From Haliotis rufescens (lineage: Eukaryota), in assembly GCF_023055435.1 (NCBI RefSeq), contig NW_025964388.1, forward strand, positions 868,001 through 932,000: a stretch of 64,000 bases of DNA, given 5' to 3'. The notes under the pieces were generated by a model. It was not told where the DNA came from. It made no database searches and worked only from the letters and a program-made list of their open reading frames with translations. The position numbers and the translations under genes are program-made. Numbering within the stretch: position 1 is the stretch's first letter; every line of letters starts with the position of its first letter. This document shows, piece after piece, positions 9,416 to 23,235 of the stretch.

Positions 9416-12400
9416 ATAATCTCACAAAGCTCCGTTGGATAAATCCTAATATATTTGTGAACAGAAACAGTATTACCTTATATTTGATTGAGTAACGAGA
9501 ATTGTATTTTGTGTATGGTCATAAAAATAGTTGTCTCTGTTAATGTAGAAGGTCCATCTCACCTAAACAAGTGTATATAAACTGCCTGTTGAAGATAATA
9601 ATGTTCTATTCAATTGTTACTGACAATCAATCAACAATGTACATATTTCTATTTATTTGTATTATTGTAAATAAACAAAACAAAATTCTTTTGAGCCATA
9701 CAGTCTTCTGGATTTATTTTTTCTAGTTGTTTCATCTAATTGAATCTCGAGTATCTAGAGCATTATACATCAAGTTTAATATGATCCATTCGCTGACATC
9801 GGAACCGATCCAAATAGTACGACGCTAGCCATGGAATCAAATTACTGTCACGAGCTGTAGAGATGGATAAAGATGTGAAATCGTAGCCATGTACTGCTCC
9901 ACTTTTACCCTCTGTGCCAACACATAGCTACGGTTCACGTATTCTTACTTGCTTACCAGCTTCGTCAAGGTTGGTGCAGACAAACCAAGGGTAATAATCG
10001 GGGCGAAGGGCGCAACTCTGTCGTTTTACAGAAAGACAGTAAAAGCTGATCATAAAAGTCGGACAGTAACAGCTGAGCATAAAAGTCGGACAGTAACAGC
10101 TGAGCATTAAAGTCGGATAGTAATAGCTGAGAATTAAAGTCGGACAGTAAAAGCTGAGAATTAAAGTCGTATAGTAGAGGCTGAGCATTGAAGTCGGATA
10201 GTAAAAGCTGAAAATTTAAGTCGTATAGTTAAAGCTGAGCATTAAAGTCGGATAGTAAAAGCTGAGCATTAAAGTCGGATAGTAAAAGCTGAGCATTGAA
10301 GTCGGACAGTAACAGCTGAGCATTACAGTCGGACAGTAACAACTGAAAATTGAATAGCTACAATTTTGCAGCTGAGATGGATAAAGCAAGAGACAGAAGT
10401 GATGAAGCTACCAAATCAAATCTATGTGTCCAGGGTATTTCCCAACAAGCACACAATATGTGAAGCCATTTCGGTTGTTCTCCCGCAACAAGGCGTCGGC
10501 AACCTTGGTATTAAACTCGGGAATTCTTCTTGACGAACCAACGCTGTATCCATTGGGCTACCCCACCGCCCCAGACATTGGAAGTAGCCAATTAAAAAGT
10601 AAATAACACAGAAGCGCATGCACATTTTTTAAAAAGCAACTTTAGAAGCGGTTTGAGATGAGAAACACGTACTGTTTTTCATGAGGTCTTATTACCGAGA
10701 ATACATTCGAAGAGTTCTTTTCTAGTAGGTCCAGATGTGGTTGCCTGTCGCGATTGTGTATCCCATCAAGTGTTAACTTTGTCTAGCTTAACGTGACAGG
10801 AATTATATTGATCTGCCAGACGACCATATCGGGCGCGTCCCTTTCCCGACAAAATACTGTCCTGCGTCACATCACAGAGTGTTATACTAATTAAACATAC
10901 CTTTTTACGTGATCATTTTTAAGCCTATATGGCTCTGAAATGGATAATGCGAAGCTATTTTATTTATAAAATGTTTATTGATTTTCAGCAAAATGATAGG
11001 GTTTGGCCAGTAGGCAAAGCAACGGTACCTCGCTGTACAGAGTTGCGTCCCTTAGATGACACGATTCGCTGGTCGTGGTTCGAATTCAATTCATCCCGAT
11101 TATGATATTTTCTCTATCAGTGTTCGTGGGTTCACCAAAGTGGTAAACGTCTGAATCCTGGGGGCTTCACACACAAAGCTTTAAGCGAATCTGTGCAAAA
11201 CAGCTTAAACTCACTGTAGATCTATGTCGTAAACGAAACGATCGCTATAAAGCTACCACACGTAGTAACAGTGACATTCCACGGAGGTCAAGCTGTGACC
11301 AAGGATGATCCGACGTTTCCTTGTGCACTGGAGCTCCACGTATAACATTAGCCAAATCTTAGAATATTTTGTTGCACCGCCACGCCACAAAACGAATGAC
11401 GTCATAAGACATATGACGTCATAGTACACAATCCAAGACGGGAATTGTGGGAGTTGGTTGCCATGAAACTGGTCAGTCTTGGAGGTCATTCAAGTGGACA
11501 CACGTCGATCTGTGGAGAGCTCACGGTCCCATCTTAAATTTACTGCAATTGATAAATTCCCTTCGCTCCATCAGCTGAACAAGGTAAGCAGCGTCTTACT
11601 GTTAGAATGTGGACATAATTATCACGAAAGCAATATATTTTTTTAAATATAAAAGCCTTTGGAAATCTTAACAAAATGTTTCCTCGTGATTAATTACACT
11701 TCAATCGAAAATTACAGCTGTAAATAGTAAACAGTAAATTGATATGCAAGAAAGAAACATGTGTCGTGCATTGTGTATGTCTTATTCAGCCCAATAACAG
11801 TTTTACAGGACTTTCCGTGTGAGTTTGTTGACAGAAGTAATTGTCTTAGCGTCACAATAGTATGACGTCACAGTATCACTCGTCATGAGCTGCTATCAGG
11901 CCTGCATGAACCCGATGACATTTCTATCACCCATTAGTTTTATGGATACCTTTATTTGTGTTTTGTGTGAATGATTAATAATGGATTTTAAAACTTGTTT
12001 GGCATTTTATAAGCCAGGCAGGACATACTTTTTCATAAAATATTCCCCCTACTCTCCTAATCGCCAGTCAAGGGCTCAGTTAATGTAAATTAATTGATTA
12101 ATGGTGCCACACATTCTATTTATTATTGTAAGATATCACAAAATGAAGAATTGATGTCGCGATATCGATTATAAGATATTGTAAATGAATTATTAATATA
12201 ACTAAATAGAATGAGGGATGATGATAAAACTTATTTCGATACATTTATCAATATCTTAAATTCTTTTATTGATATCTAAAAATCGAATTTGTGATATCAA
12301 TAATCAATTTATTATATCAAAAAATCGAATGTGTAAAATCAATAGATACATCATTAATATAGTTGAAACAGAGTAAAACAGTAAACCGTTTCCTGGTACA

Positions 12401-12481
12401 TAAGTACATATCATATGACATTATTATAAACATGTCCGTCCCTTGCATGTCATCAATATGTATATTCTCCTTGATTACAGC

Positions 12482-13652
12482 ATGGCGGACATATTGACAA
12501 TGATTGACATCATCTACCCCAAGCTCCGTATGTTCACGGACGGAGCAAGAACAGCCGCCCTCATCATGTACAGATTGAAATATGGCAAGAAACAGCCACA
12601 ACACGACTATAGGGTAGATCCAGAGGAAGATAACTCTCATTGGGGTCCAGGGGGAGATGACTCTTGGCAAACTTGGGGATCAGGGGAAGATAACTTTCAC
12701 TGGGGACAATGGGAAGACATTTTGGAAGACGAGAGGGACACAAGGTTCGATAACTCGTACACCTCCAAGCCACAGACGAACTGGTATTCTAACTTGGATG
12801 CGGAATCTGAGACAAACGTGAAGATTCCAGATGACGCAATCATTCCCATCGGATATGAAGGTGAGCTCTCTTAATGTCTTGTTTCATATATGACTGGTAA
12901 ACAATATAAATAAACAGTACCATGTTAAAATATATACATAATGAATTTTGCACGACGTTTTACAGTAATGATGGCAGGAAAGTAATTTGATGCGCCAACG
13001 TTGTGAAGCAGATCCTGATTTTGAACAGCTCTGTTGAGTATTTAATATATTTTATGTTTAAACATTTTGTTCGCTGACGTAAAACGCTTACACCCACCCA
13101 CCTACCCGTGTTTTAGTATGTGACAGGAAATAAATGCACAATTCTTCCTGGCTTATGCTTCCATGGAACCAGCATCAGTGATCTAACATAGAATCACCGA
13201 GGTTAATTTGTTCACATGTTGTTCCAGTAATGGCGGGTGATGTGAGAACCGCCAGGAGAAAATCAGGGAAGAAATCTCTTCGGTCACGAATCGTATCGGT
13301 AAGTCCACAAACTTACTCTGAGCGTACACCATTAACGAATATATGGTACAGGAGAGCGCGAATAACGTCACTCCCATGTTGTAGTTACTTATTAAGTACT
13401 GCTGCTGTTGCTTGAGAATCAGAATTGTCGGTTTAGGATTTCGTGGAGTTGCTTTAGCCATGGTTGTGTTAACTTTTCAATGCAGCATTAAGGTTATAAA
13501 GCATTGGAACAATAACGAACAAGCATGTCGTCAGTGTGTGTAACATGCCCCTGTCACTCTCTGTGAACATTGTACAATATGTGTGTCATACTTTATATTT
13601 CCAGGTTATGCGGCGGCTGTCATTCTGTATACCAAGAAAAACAACTCTATAA
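12482..13652 (+). CDS. Unrecognised 165-aa protein, array copy 2
   Basis: Exons 12482-12860, 13228-13298 and 13605-13652; all splice sites intact. The exon 3/4 differences from copy 1 (CGA>CGG, GTG>GTT) are synonymous in this frame. Confidence 0.75.
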
Positions 13653-16399
13653 ATAATCTCACAAAGCTCCGTTGGATAAATCATCATATTATATTTGTGA
13701 ACAGAAACAGTATTACCCTTATATTTGATTGTGTAACGAGAATTGTATTTTGTGTATGGTCATAAAAATAGTTGTCTCTGTTAATGTAGAAGTTCCATCT
13801 CACTTAAACAAGTGTATATAAACTGCCTGTCAAAGATAATAATGTTCTATTCAATTGTTACTGACAATCAATCAACAATGTACATATTTCCAATTATTTT
13901 ATTATTGTAAATAAACAATTTTTTTCTGTTGAGCCATGCAGTGTTCTGCATTTATTTTTTCTAGTTGTTTCATGTCTAATTGAATCTCGAGTATCTAGGG
14001 TTTTATACATCAATTTTGATATACTTCATTCGCTGACATCGGAACCGATCCGAATAGTACGACGCTAGCCATGGAATCAAATTACTGTCACGAGCTGTAG
14101 AGATGGATCAAACTGTAAAATCGTAGACACGTACTGCTCACTTTTACCCTCTGTGCCAATACATAGCTACGGTTCACGTCTTCTAACTTGCTACCAGCTC
14201 CGTCAGGGTTGGTGCAGACAAACCAAGGGTAATAATCGGGGCGAAGGGCGCAAGTCTGTCGTTTTACAGAACGACAATAAAAGCTGATCATAAATGTTGG
14301 ACAGTAACAGCTGAGCATTGAAGTCGGACAGTAACAGCTGAGCATTACAGTCGGACAGTAACAACTGAAAATTGAATAGCTACAATTTCGCAGCTGAGAT
14401 GGATAAAGCAAGAGACAAAGTGATGAAGCTACCAAATCAAATCTATGTGTCCAGGGTATTTCCCAACAAGCACACAATATGTGAAGCCAATTTCGGTTGT
14501 TCTCCCGCAACAAGGCGTCGGCAACCTTGGTATTAAACTCGGGAATTCCTCTTGACGAACCAACGCTGTATCCATTGGGCTACCCCACCGCCCCAGACAT
14601 TGCAAGTAGCCAATTAAAAAGTAAATAACACAGAAGCGCATGCACATTTTTTAAAAAGCAACTTTAGAAACGGTTTGAGATGAGAAACACGTACTGTTTT
14701 TCATGAGGTCTTATTACCGAGAATACATTCGAAGAGTTCTTTTCTTATAAGTCCAGATGTGGTTGCCTGTCGCGATTGTGTATCCCATCAAGTGTTAACT
14801 TTGTCTAGCTTAACGTGACAGGAATTATTTTGATCTGCCAGACGACCATATCGGGCGCGTCCCTTTTCCGACAAAATACTGTCCTGCGTCACATCACAGA
14901 GGGTTATACAAATTAAACATACCTTTTTACGTGGTCATTTTTAAGCCTATATGGATCTCAAATCGATAATGCGAGGGTATTTTATTTATAAAATGTTTAT
15001 TGATTTTCAGCAAAATGATAGGGTTTGGCCAGAAGGCAAAGCCGGCGTACCTCGCTGTACAGAGTTGTGTCCCTTAGATGACACGATTCGCTGGTCGTGG
15101 TTCGAATTCGATTCACCCCGACTATGATATTTTCTCTGTCAGTGTTCGTGGGTTCACCAAAGTGGTAAACGTCTGAATCCTGGGGGCTTCACACACAAAG
15201 CTTTAAGCGAATCTGTGCAAAACGGCTTAACCTCACTGTAGCTCTATGTCGTAAACGAAACGATCGCTATAATCTTAGATAGCCAAATCTTAGAATATTT
15301 TGATGCGCCGCCATGTCACAAACAAATGACGTCATAAGACATATGACGTCATAGTACACAATCCAAGACGGGAATTGTGGGAGTTGGTTGCCGTGAAACT
15401 GGTCAATCTTGGAGGTCATTCAAGTGGACACACGTCGATCTGTGGAGAGCTCACGGTCCCGTCTTAAATTTACTGCAATTGATAAATTCCCTTCGCTCCA
15501 TCAGCTGAACAAGGTAAGCAGTGTCTTACTGTTAGAATGTGGACATAATTATCACGAAAGCAATATATTATTTTAAATATAAAAGCAAACTGTTTCCTCG
15601 TGATTAATTACACTTCAATCGAAAGTTACAGCTGTCAATAGTTGAACAGTAAATTGATATGCAAGAAAGAAACATGTGTCGTGCATTGGGTATTTCTTAT
15701 TCAGCCCAATAACAGTTTTAAAACGACTTTCCGTGTGAGTTTGTTGACAGAAGTAATTGTCTTAGGGTCACAATAGTATGACGTCACAGTATCACGTCAC
15801 ATGAGCTGCTATCAGGCCTGCATGAACCCGATGACATTTCTATCACCCATTAGTTTTATGGATACCTTTATTTGTGTTTTGTGTGAATGATTAATAATGA
15901 ATTTTAAAACTTGTTTGGTATCTTATAAGCCAAGCAGGACATCCTTTTTCATAAAATATTCCCCCTATTCTCCCAATCGCCAGTCCAGGGCTCAGTTAAT
16001 GTAAATTAATTAATTAATGGTGCCACAAATTCTATTTATTATTGTAAGATATATTGTAGAATTGATGTCGCGATATCGATTATAAGATATCATTAACAAA
16101 TTATTAATATCACTTAATAGTATGAGTGATGAAGAAAAAAACATTTCGATACATTTATAAATATCTTCATTTTTTTTTATCGACATCTAAAAATCGAATT
16201 TGTGATATCGATAATCAATTTATTATATCATAAAATCGAATATGTGAAATCCATAAATACATTATTAATATAGTTGAAACAGAGAATAACCAGTAAACCG
16301 TTTCCTGGTACATTAGTGCATATCATATGACATTATTATAAACATGTCCGGCCCTTGCATGTCATCAATAATTTTATGTATATTCTCCTTGATTACAGC

Positions 16400-17564
16400 A
16401 TGGCGGACATATTGACAATGATTGACATCATCTACCCCAAGCTCCGTATGTTCACGGACGGAGCAAGAACAGCCGCACTCATCATGTACAGATTGAAATA
16501 TGGCAAGAAACAGCCACAACACGACTATATGGTGGATCCAGAGGAAGATAACTCTCATTGGGGTCCAGGGGGAGATGACTCTTGGCAAACTTGGGGACCA
16601 GGGGAAGATAACTTTCACTGGGGACAATGGGAAGACATTTTGGAAGACGAGAGGGACACAAGGTTCGATAACTCGTACACCTCCAAGCCACAGACGAACT
16701 GGTATTCTAACTTGGATGCGGAATCTGAGACAAACGTGAAGATTCCAGATGACGCAATCATTCCCATCGGATATGAAGGTGAGCTCTCTTAATGTCTTGT
16801 TTCATATATGACTGGTAAACAATATAAATAAACAGTACCATGTTAAAATATATACATAATTAATTTTGCACGACGTTTTAAAGTAATGATGGCAGGAAAG
16901 TAATTTGATGCGCCAACGTTGTGAAGCAGATCCTGATTTTGAACAGCTCTGTTGAGTATTTAATATATTTTTTGTTTAAACATTTTGTTCGCGTAAAACG
17001 CTTACACCCACCCACCTACCCGTTTTTTAGTATGTGACAGGAAACAAATGCACAATTCTTCCTGGCTTATGTTGCCATGGAACCAGCATCAGTGATCTAA
17101 CATAGAATCACCGAGGTTCATTTGTTCACATGTTGTTCCAGTAATGGCGGGTGATGTGAGAACCGCCAGGAGAAAATCAGGGAAGAAATCTCTTCGATCA
17201 CGAATCGTATCGGTAAGTCTTACTTACTCTGAGCGTACACCATTAACGAATAGATGGTACAGGAGAGCGCGAATAACGTCACTCCCATGTTGTAGTTACT
17301 TTCTAAGTACTGCTGCTGTTGCTTGAGAATCAGAATTGTCGGTTTAGGATTTCGTGGAGTTGCTTTAGGCTATGGTTGTGTTAACTTTTCAATGCAGCAT
17401 TAAGGTTATAAAGCATTGGAACAATAACGAACAAGCATGTCGTCAGTGTGTGTAACATGCCCGTGTCACTCTCTGTGAACATTGTATAATATGTGTGTCA
17501 TACTTTATATTTCCAGGTGATGCGGCGGCTGTCATTCTGTATACCAAGAAAAACAACTCTATAA
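16400..17564 (+). CDS. Unrecognised 165-aa protein, array copy 3
   Basis: Exons 16400-16778, 17142-17212 and 17517-17564; splice sites and stop intact. Confidence 0.75.
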
Positions 17565-20500
17565 ATAATCTCACAAAGCTCCGTTGGATAAATCCTAATA
17601 TATTTGTGAACAGAAACAGTATTACCTTATATTTGATTGTGTAACGAGAATTGTATTTTGTGTATGGTCATAAAAATAGTTGTCTCTGTTAATGTAGAAG
17701 TTCCATCTCACCTAAACAAGTGTATATAAACTGCCTGTTGAAGATAATAATGTTCTATTCAATTGTTACTGACAATCAATCAACAATGTACATATTTCTA
17801 TTTATTTGTATTATTGTAAATAAACAAAACAAAATTCTGTTGAGCCATACAGTCTTCTGGATTTATTTTTTCTAGTTGTTTCATCTAATTGAATCTCGAG
17901 TATCTAGAGTATTTTACATCAAGTTTAATATGATCCATTCGCTGACATCGGAACCGATCCAAATAGTACGACGCTAGCCATGGAATCAAATTACTGTCAC
18001 GAGCTGTAGAGATGGATAAAGATGTGAAATCGTAGCCATGAACTGCTCCACTTTTAGCCTCTGTGCCAACACATAGCTACGGTTCACGTATTCTTACTTG
18101 CTACCAGCTTCGTCAAGGTTGGTGCAGACAAACCAAGGGTAATAATCGGGGCGAAGGGCGCAACTCTGTCGTTTTACAGAAAGACAGTAAAAGCTGATCA
18201 TAAAAGTCGGACAGTAACAGCTGAGCATAAAAGTCGGACAGTAACAGCTGAGCATTAAAGTCGGATAGTAATAGCTGAGAATTAAAGTCGGACAGTAAAA
18301 GCTGAGAATTAAAGTCGTATAGTAGAGGCTGAGCATTAAAGTCGGATAGTAAAAGCTGAGCATTGAAGTCGGACAGTAACAGCTGAGCATTACAGTCGGA
18401 CAGTAACAGCTGAGCATTGAAGTCGGACAGTAACAGCTGAGCATTACAGTCGGACAGTAACAACTGAAAATTGAATAGCTACAATTTTGCAGCTGAGATG
18501 GATAAAGCAAGAGACAGAAGTGATGAAGCTACCAAATCAAATCTATGTGTCCAGGGTATTTCCCAACAAGCACACAATATGTGAAGCCAATTTCGGTTGT
18601 TCTCCCGCAACAAGGCGTCGGCAACCTTGGTATTAAACTCGGGAATTCTTCTTGACGAACCAACGCTGTATCCATTGGGCTACCCCACCGCCCCAGACAT
18701 TGGAAGTAGCCAATTAAAAAGTAAATAACACAGAAGCTCATGCACATTTTTTAAAAAGCAACTTTAGAAACGGTTTGAGATGAATAACACGTACTGGTTT
18801 TCATGAGGTCCTATTACCGAGAATAAATTCGGAGAGTTCTTTTCTAGTAGGTCCAGATGTGGTTGCCCGTCGCGACCGTGCATCCCATCAAGTGTTAACT
18901 TTGTCTAGCTTAACGTGACAGGAATTATATTGATCTGCCAGACGACCATATCGGGCGCGTCCCCTTCCCGACAAAACACTGTCCTGCGTCACATCACAGA
19001 GGGTTATACAAATCAAACATACCTCTTTACGTGGTCATTTTTAAGCCTATATGGCTCCGAAATCGATAATGCGAAGCTATTTTATTTATAAAATGTTTAT
19101 TGATTTTCAGCAAAATGATAGGGTTTGGCCAGTAGGCAAAGCAACGGTACCTCGCTGTACAGAGTTGCGTCCCTTAGATGACACGATTCGCTGGTCGTGG
19201 TTCGAATTCAATTCATCCCGATTATGATATTTTCTCTGTCAGTGTTCGTGGGTTCACCAAAGTGGTAAACGTCTGAATCCTGGGGGCTTCACACACAAAG
19301 CTTTAAGCGAATCTGTGCAAAACGGCTTAAACTCAATGTAGACCTATGTCGTAAGCGAAACGATCGCTATAAAGCTACCACTCGTAGTAACAGTGACATT
19401 CCACGGAGGTAAAGCTGTGACTAAGGATGATCCAACGTTTCCTGATGCACTGGGGCTCCACGTATAACATTAGCCAAATCTTAGAATATTTTGTTGCACC
19501 GCCACGCCACAAACCGAATGACGTCATAAGACATATGACGTCATAGTACACAATCCAAGACGGGAATTGTGGGAGTTGGTTGCCATGAAACTGGTCAGTC
19601 TTGGAGGTCATTCAAGTGGACACACGTCGATCTGTGGAGTGCTCACGGTCCCATCTTAAATTTACTGCAGTTGATAAATCCCCTTCGCTCCATCAGCTGA
19701 ACAAGGTAAGCGGTGTCTTACTGTTAGAATGTGGACATAATTATCACGAAAGTAATATATTTTATTAATTATAAAAGCCTTCGGAAATCTTAACAAAATG
19801 TTTCCTCGTGATTAATTACACTTCAATCGAAAATTACAGCTGTAAATAGTTGAAGAGTCAATTATTATGCGAGAAAGAAACATGTGTCGTGCATTGGGTA
19901 TTTCTTATTCAGCCCAATAACAGTTTTAAAACGACTTTCCGTGTGAGTTTGACAGAAGTAATTGTCTTAGCGTCACAATAGTATGACGTCACAGTATCAC
20001 GTGTCATGAGCTGCTATCAGGCCTTCATGAACCCGATGACTTTTCTATCACCCATTAGTTTTATGGATACCTTTATTTGTGTTTTGTGTGAATGATTAAT
20101 AATGAATTTTAAAACTTGTTTGGTATCTTATAAGCCAAGCAGGACATCCGTTTTCATAGAATATTCCCCCTACTCTCCCAATCGCCAGTAAAGGGCTCAG
20201 TTAATGTAACTTAATTAATTAATGGTGCCACACATTCTATTTATTATTGTAAGATATCACAAAATGAATAATTGATGTCGGGATATCGATTATAAGATAT
20301 CATTAACAAATTATTAATATCACTTAATAGAATGAGTGATGAAGAAAAAAACATTTCGATATATTTATAAATATCTTAAATTTTTTTTATCGATATCTAA
20401 AAGTCGAATTTGTGATATCGATAATCAATTTATTATATCATAAAATCCAATATGTGAAATCCATAAATACATTATTAATATAGTTGAAACAGAGAATAAC

Positions 20501-20609
20501 CAGTAAACCGTGTCCTGGTACATTAGTGCATATCATATGACATTATTATAAACATGTCCGGCCCTTGCATGTCATCAATAATTTTATGTATATTCTCCTT
20601 GATTACAGC

Positions 20610-21779
20610 ATGGCGGACATATTGACAATGATTGACATCATCTACCCAAAGCTCCGTATGTTCACGGACGGAGCAAGAACAGCCGCACTCATCATGTACA
20701 GATTGAAATATGGCAAGAAACAGCCACAACACGACTATATGGTGGATCCAGAGGAAGATAACTCTCATTGGGGTCCAGGGGGAGATGACTCTTGGCAAAC
20801 TTGGGGACCAGGGGAAGATAACCTTCACTGGGGACAATGGGAAGACATTTTGGAAGACGAGAGGGACACAAGGTTCGATAACTCGTACACCTCCAAGCCA
20901 CAGACGAACTGGTATTCTAACTTGGATGCGGAATCTGAGACAAACGTGAAGATTCCAGATGACGCAATCATTCCCATCGGATATGAAGGTGAGCTCTCTT
21001 AATGTCTTGTTTCATATATGACTGGTAAACAATATAAATAAACAATACCATGTTAAAATATATACATAATGAATTTTGCACGACGTTTTACAGTAATGAT
21101 GGCAGGAAAGTAATTTGATGCGCCAACGTTGTGAAGCAGATCCTGATTTTGAACACCTCTGTTGAGTATTTAATATATTTTTGTTTAAACATTTTGTTCG
21201 CTGACGTAAAACGCCTACACCCACCCACCTACCCGTGTTTTAGTATGTGACAGGAAACAAATGCACACTTCTTCCTGGCTTATGTTTCCGTGGAACCAGC
21301 ATCAGTGATCTAACATAGAATCACCGAGGTTCATTTGTTCACATGTTGTTCCAGTAATGGCGGGTGATGTGAGAACCGCCAGGAGAAAATCAGGGAAGAA
21401 ATCTCTTCGGTCACGAATCGTATCGGTAAGTCCACAAACTTACTCTGAGCGTACACCATTAACGAATATATGGTACAGGAGAGCGCGAATAACGTCACTC
21501 CCATGTTGTAGTTACTTATTAAGTACTGCTGCTGTTGCTTGAGAATCAGAATTGTCGGTTTAGGATTTCGAGGAGTTGCTTTAGCCATGGTTGTGTTAAC
21601 TTTTCAATGCAGCATTAAGGTTATAAAGCATTGGAACAATAACGAACAAGTATGTCGTCAGTCTGTGTAACATGCCCGTGTCACTCTCTGTGAACATTGT
21701 ATAATATGTGTGTCATACTTTATATTTCCAGGTGATGCGGCGGCTGTCATTCTGTATACCAAGAAAAACAACTCTTTAA
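20610..21779 (+). CDS. Unrecognised 165-aa protein, array copy 4
   Basis: Exons 20610-20988, 21355-21425 and 21732-21779. The last codon CTA>CTT is synonymous and TAA is preserved. Confidence 0.75.
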
Positions 21780-22381
21780 ATAATCTCACAAAGCTCCGTT
21801 GGATAAATCCTAATATTATATTTGTGAACAGAAACAGTATTACCTTATATTTGATTGTGTAACGAGAATTGTATTTTTTGTATGGTCATAAAAATAGTTG
21901 TCTCTGTTAATGTAGAAGTTCCATCCCAACTGCCTGTTGAAGATAATAATGTTCTATTCAATTGTTACTGACAATCAATCAACAATGTACATATTTCTAT
22001 ATATTTGTATTATTGTAAATAAACAAAAAAAAATCTTTTGGGCCATACAGTGTTCAGGATTTTTTTTTCTAGTTATGTCATGTCTAATTGAATCTCGAGT
22101 ATCTAGGGTATTATACATCAATTTTAATATGATCCATTCGCTAACATCGGAACCGATCCAAATAGTACGACGCTAGCCATGGAATCAAATTACTGTCACG
22201 AGCTGTAAAGATGGATCAAACTGTAAAATCGTAGACACGTACTGCTCCACTTTTACCCTCTGTGCCAATACATGGCTACAGTTCGCGTCTTCCAACTTGC
22301 TACCAGCTCCGTCAGGGTTGGTGCAGACAAACCAAGGGTAATAATCGGGGCGAAGGGCGCTACTCTGTCGTTTTACAGAAC

Positions 22382-23235
22382 GACAGTAAAAGCTGAGCAT
22401 AGAAGTCGGACAGCAACAGCTGAGAATTGAAGTCGGATAGTAAAAGCTGAGCATTGGAGTCGGAAGTAAAAGCTGAACATTGAAGTCGGATAGTAAAAGC
22501 TGAGCATTGAAGTCGGATAGTAAAAGCTGAGCATTGACGTCGGACAGTAAAAGCTGAGCATTGAATTAGGACAGTAACAGCTGAGCATTGAAGTCGGACA
22601 GTAAAAGCTGAGCATTGAAGTCGGTCAGTAAAAGCTGAGCATTGAAGTCGGATAGTAAAAGCTGAGCATTGAAGTCGGATAGTAAAAGCTGAGCATAGAA
22701 GTCGGACAGTAACAGCTGAGCATTGACGTCGGACAGTAACAGCTGAGCATTGAAGTAGGACAGTAACAGCTGAGCACTGAAGTAGGACAGTAAAAGCTGA
22801 GCATTGAAGTAGGACAGTAACAGCTGAGCATTGAAGTAGGACAGTAACAACTGAGCATTGACGTCGGACAGTAAAAGCTGAGCATTGACGTCAGATAATA
22901 AAAGCTGAGCATAAAAGTCGGACGGTAACAGCTGAGCATTGTGGTAGGACAGTAACAGCTGAGCATTGTGGTAGGATAGTAAAAGCTGAGCATTGAAGTC
23001 GGACAGTAACAGCTGAGCATATAAGTCGGATAGTAAAAGCTGAGCATTGTGGTAGGACAGTAAAAGCTGAACATTGTGGTAGGACAGTAAAAGCTGAGCA
23101 TTGTGGTAGGACAGTAACAGCTGAGCATATAAGTCGGATAGTAAAAGCTGAGCATTGAAGTAGGACAGTAACAGCTGAACATTGAAGTAAGACAGTAAAA
23201 GCTGAGCATTGACGTCGGCCAGTAACAGCTGAAAA
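22382..23235. repeat. 27-bp minisatellite (VNTR) AGCTGAGCATTGAAGTCGGACAGTAA(C/A) at the 3' end of each array unit
   Basis: About 32 copies here, ~11-12 at 10036-10349, ~4 at 14273-14370 and ~11 at 18184-18470. It explains the MLSCYCPTS and LLLSDFNAQ 9-aa-repeat ORFs. Confidence 0.95.
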
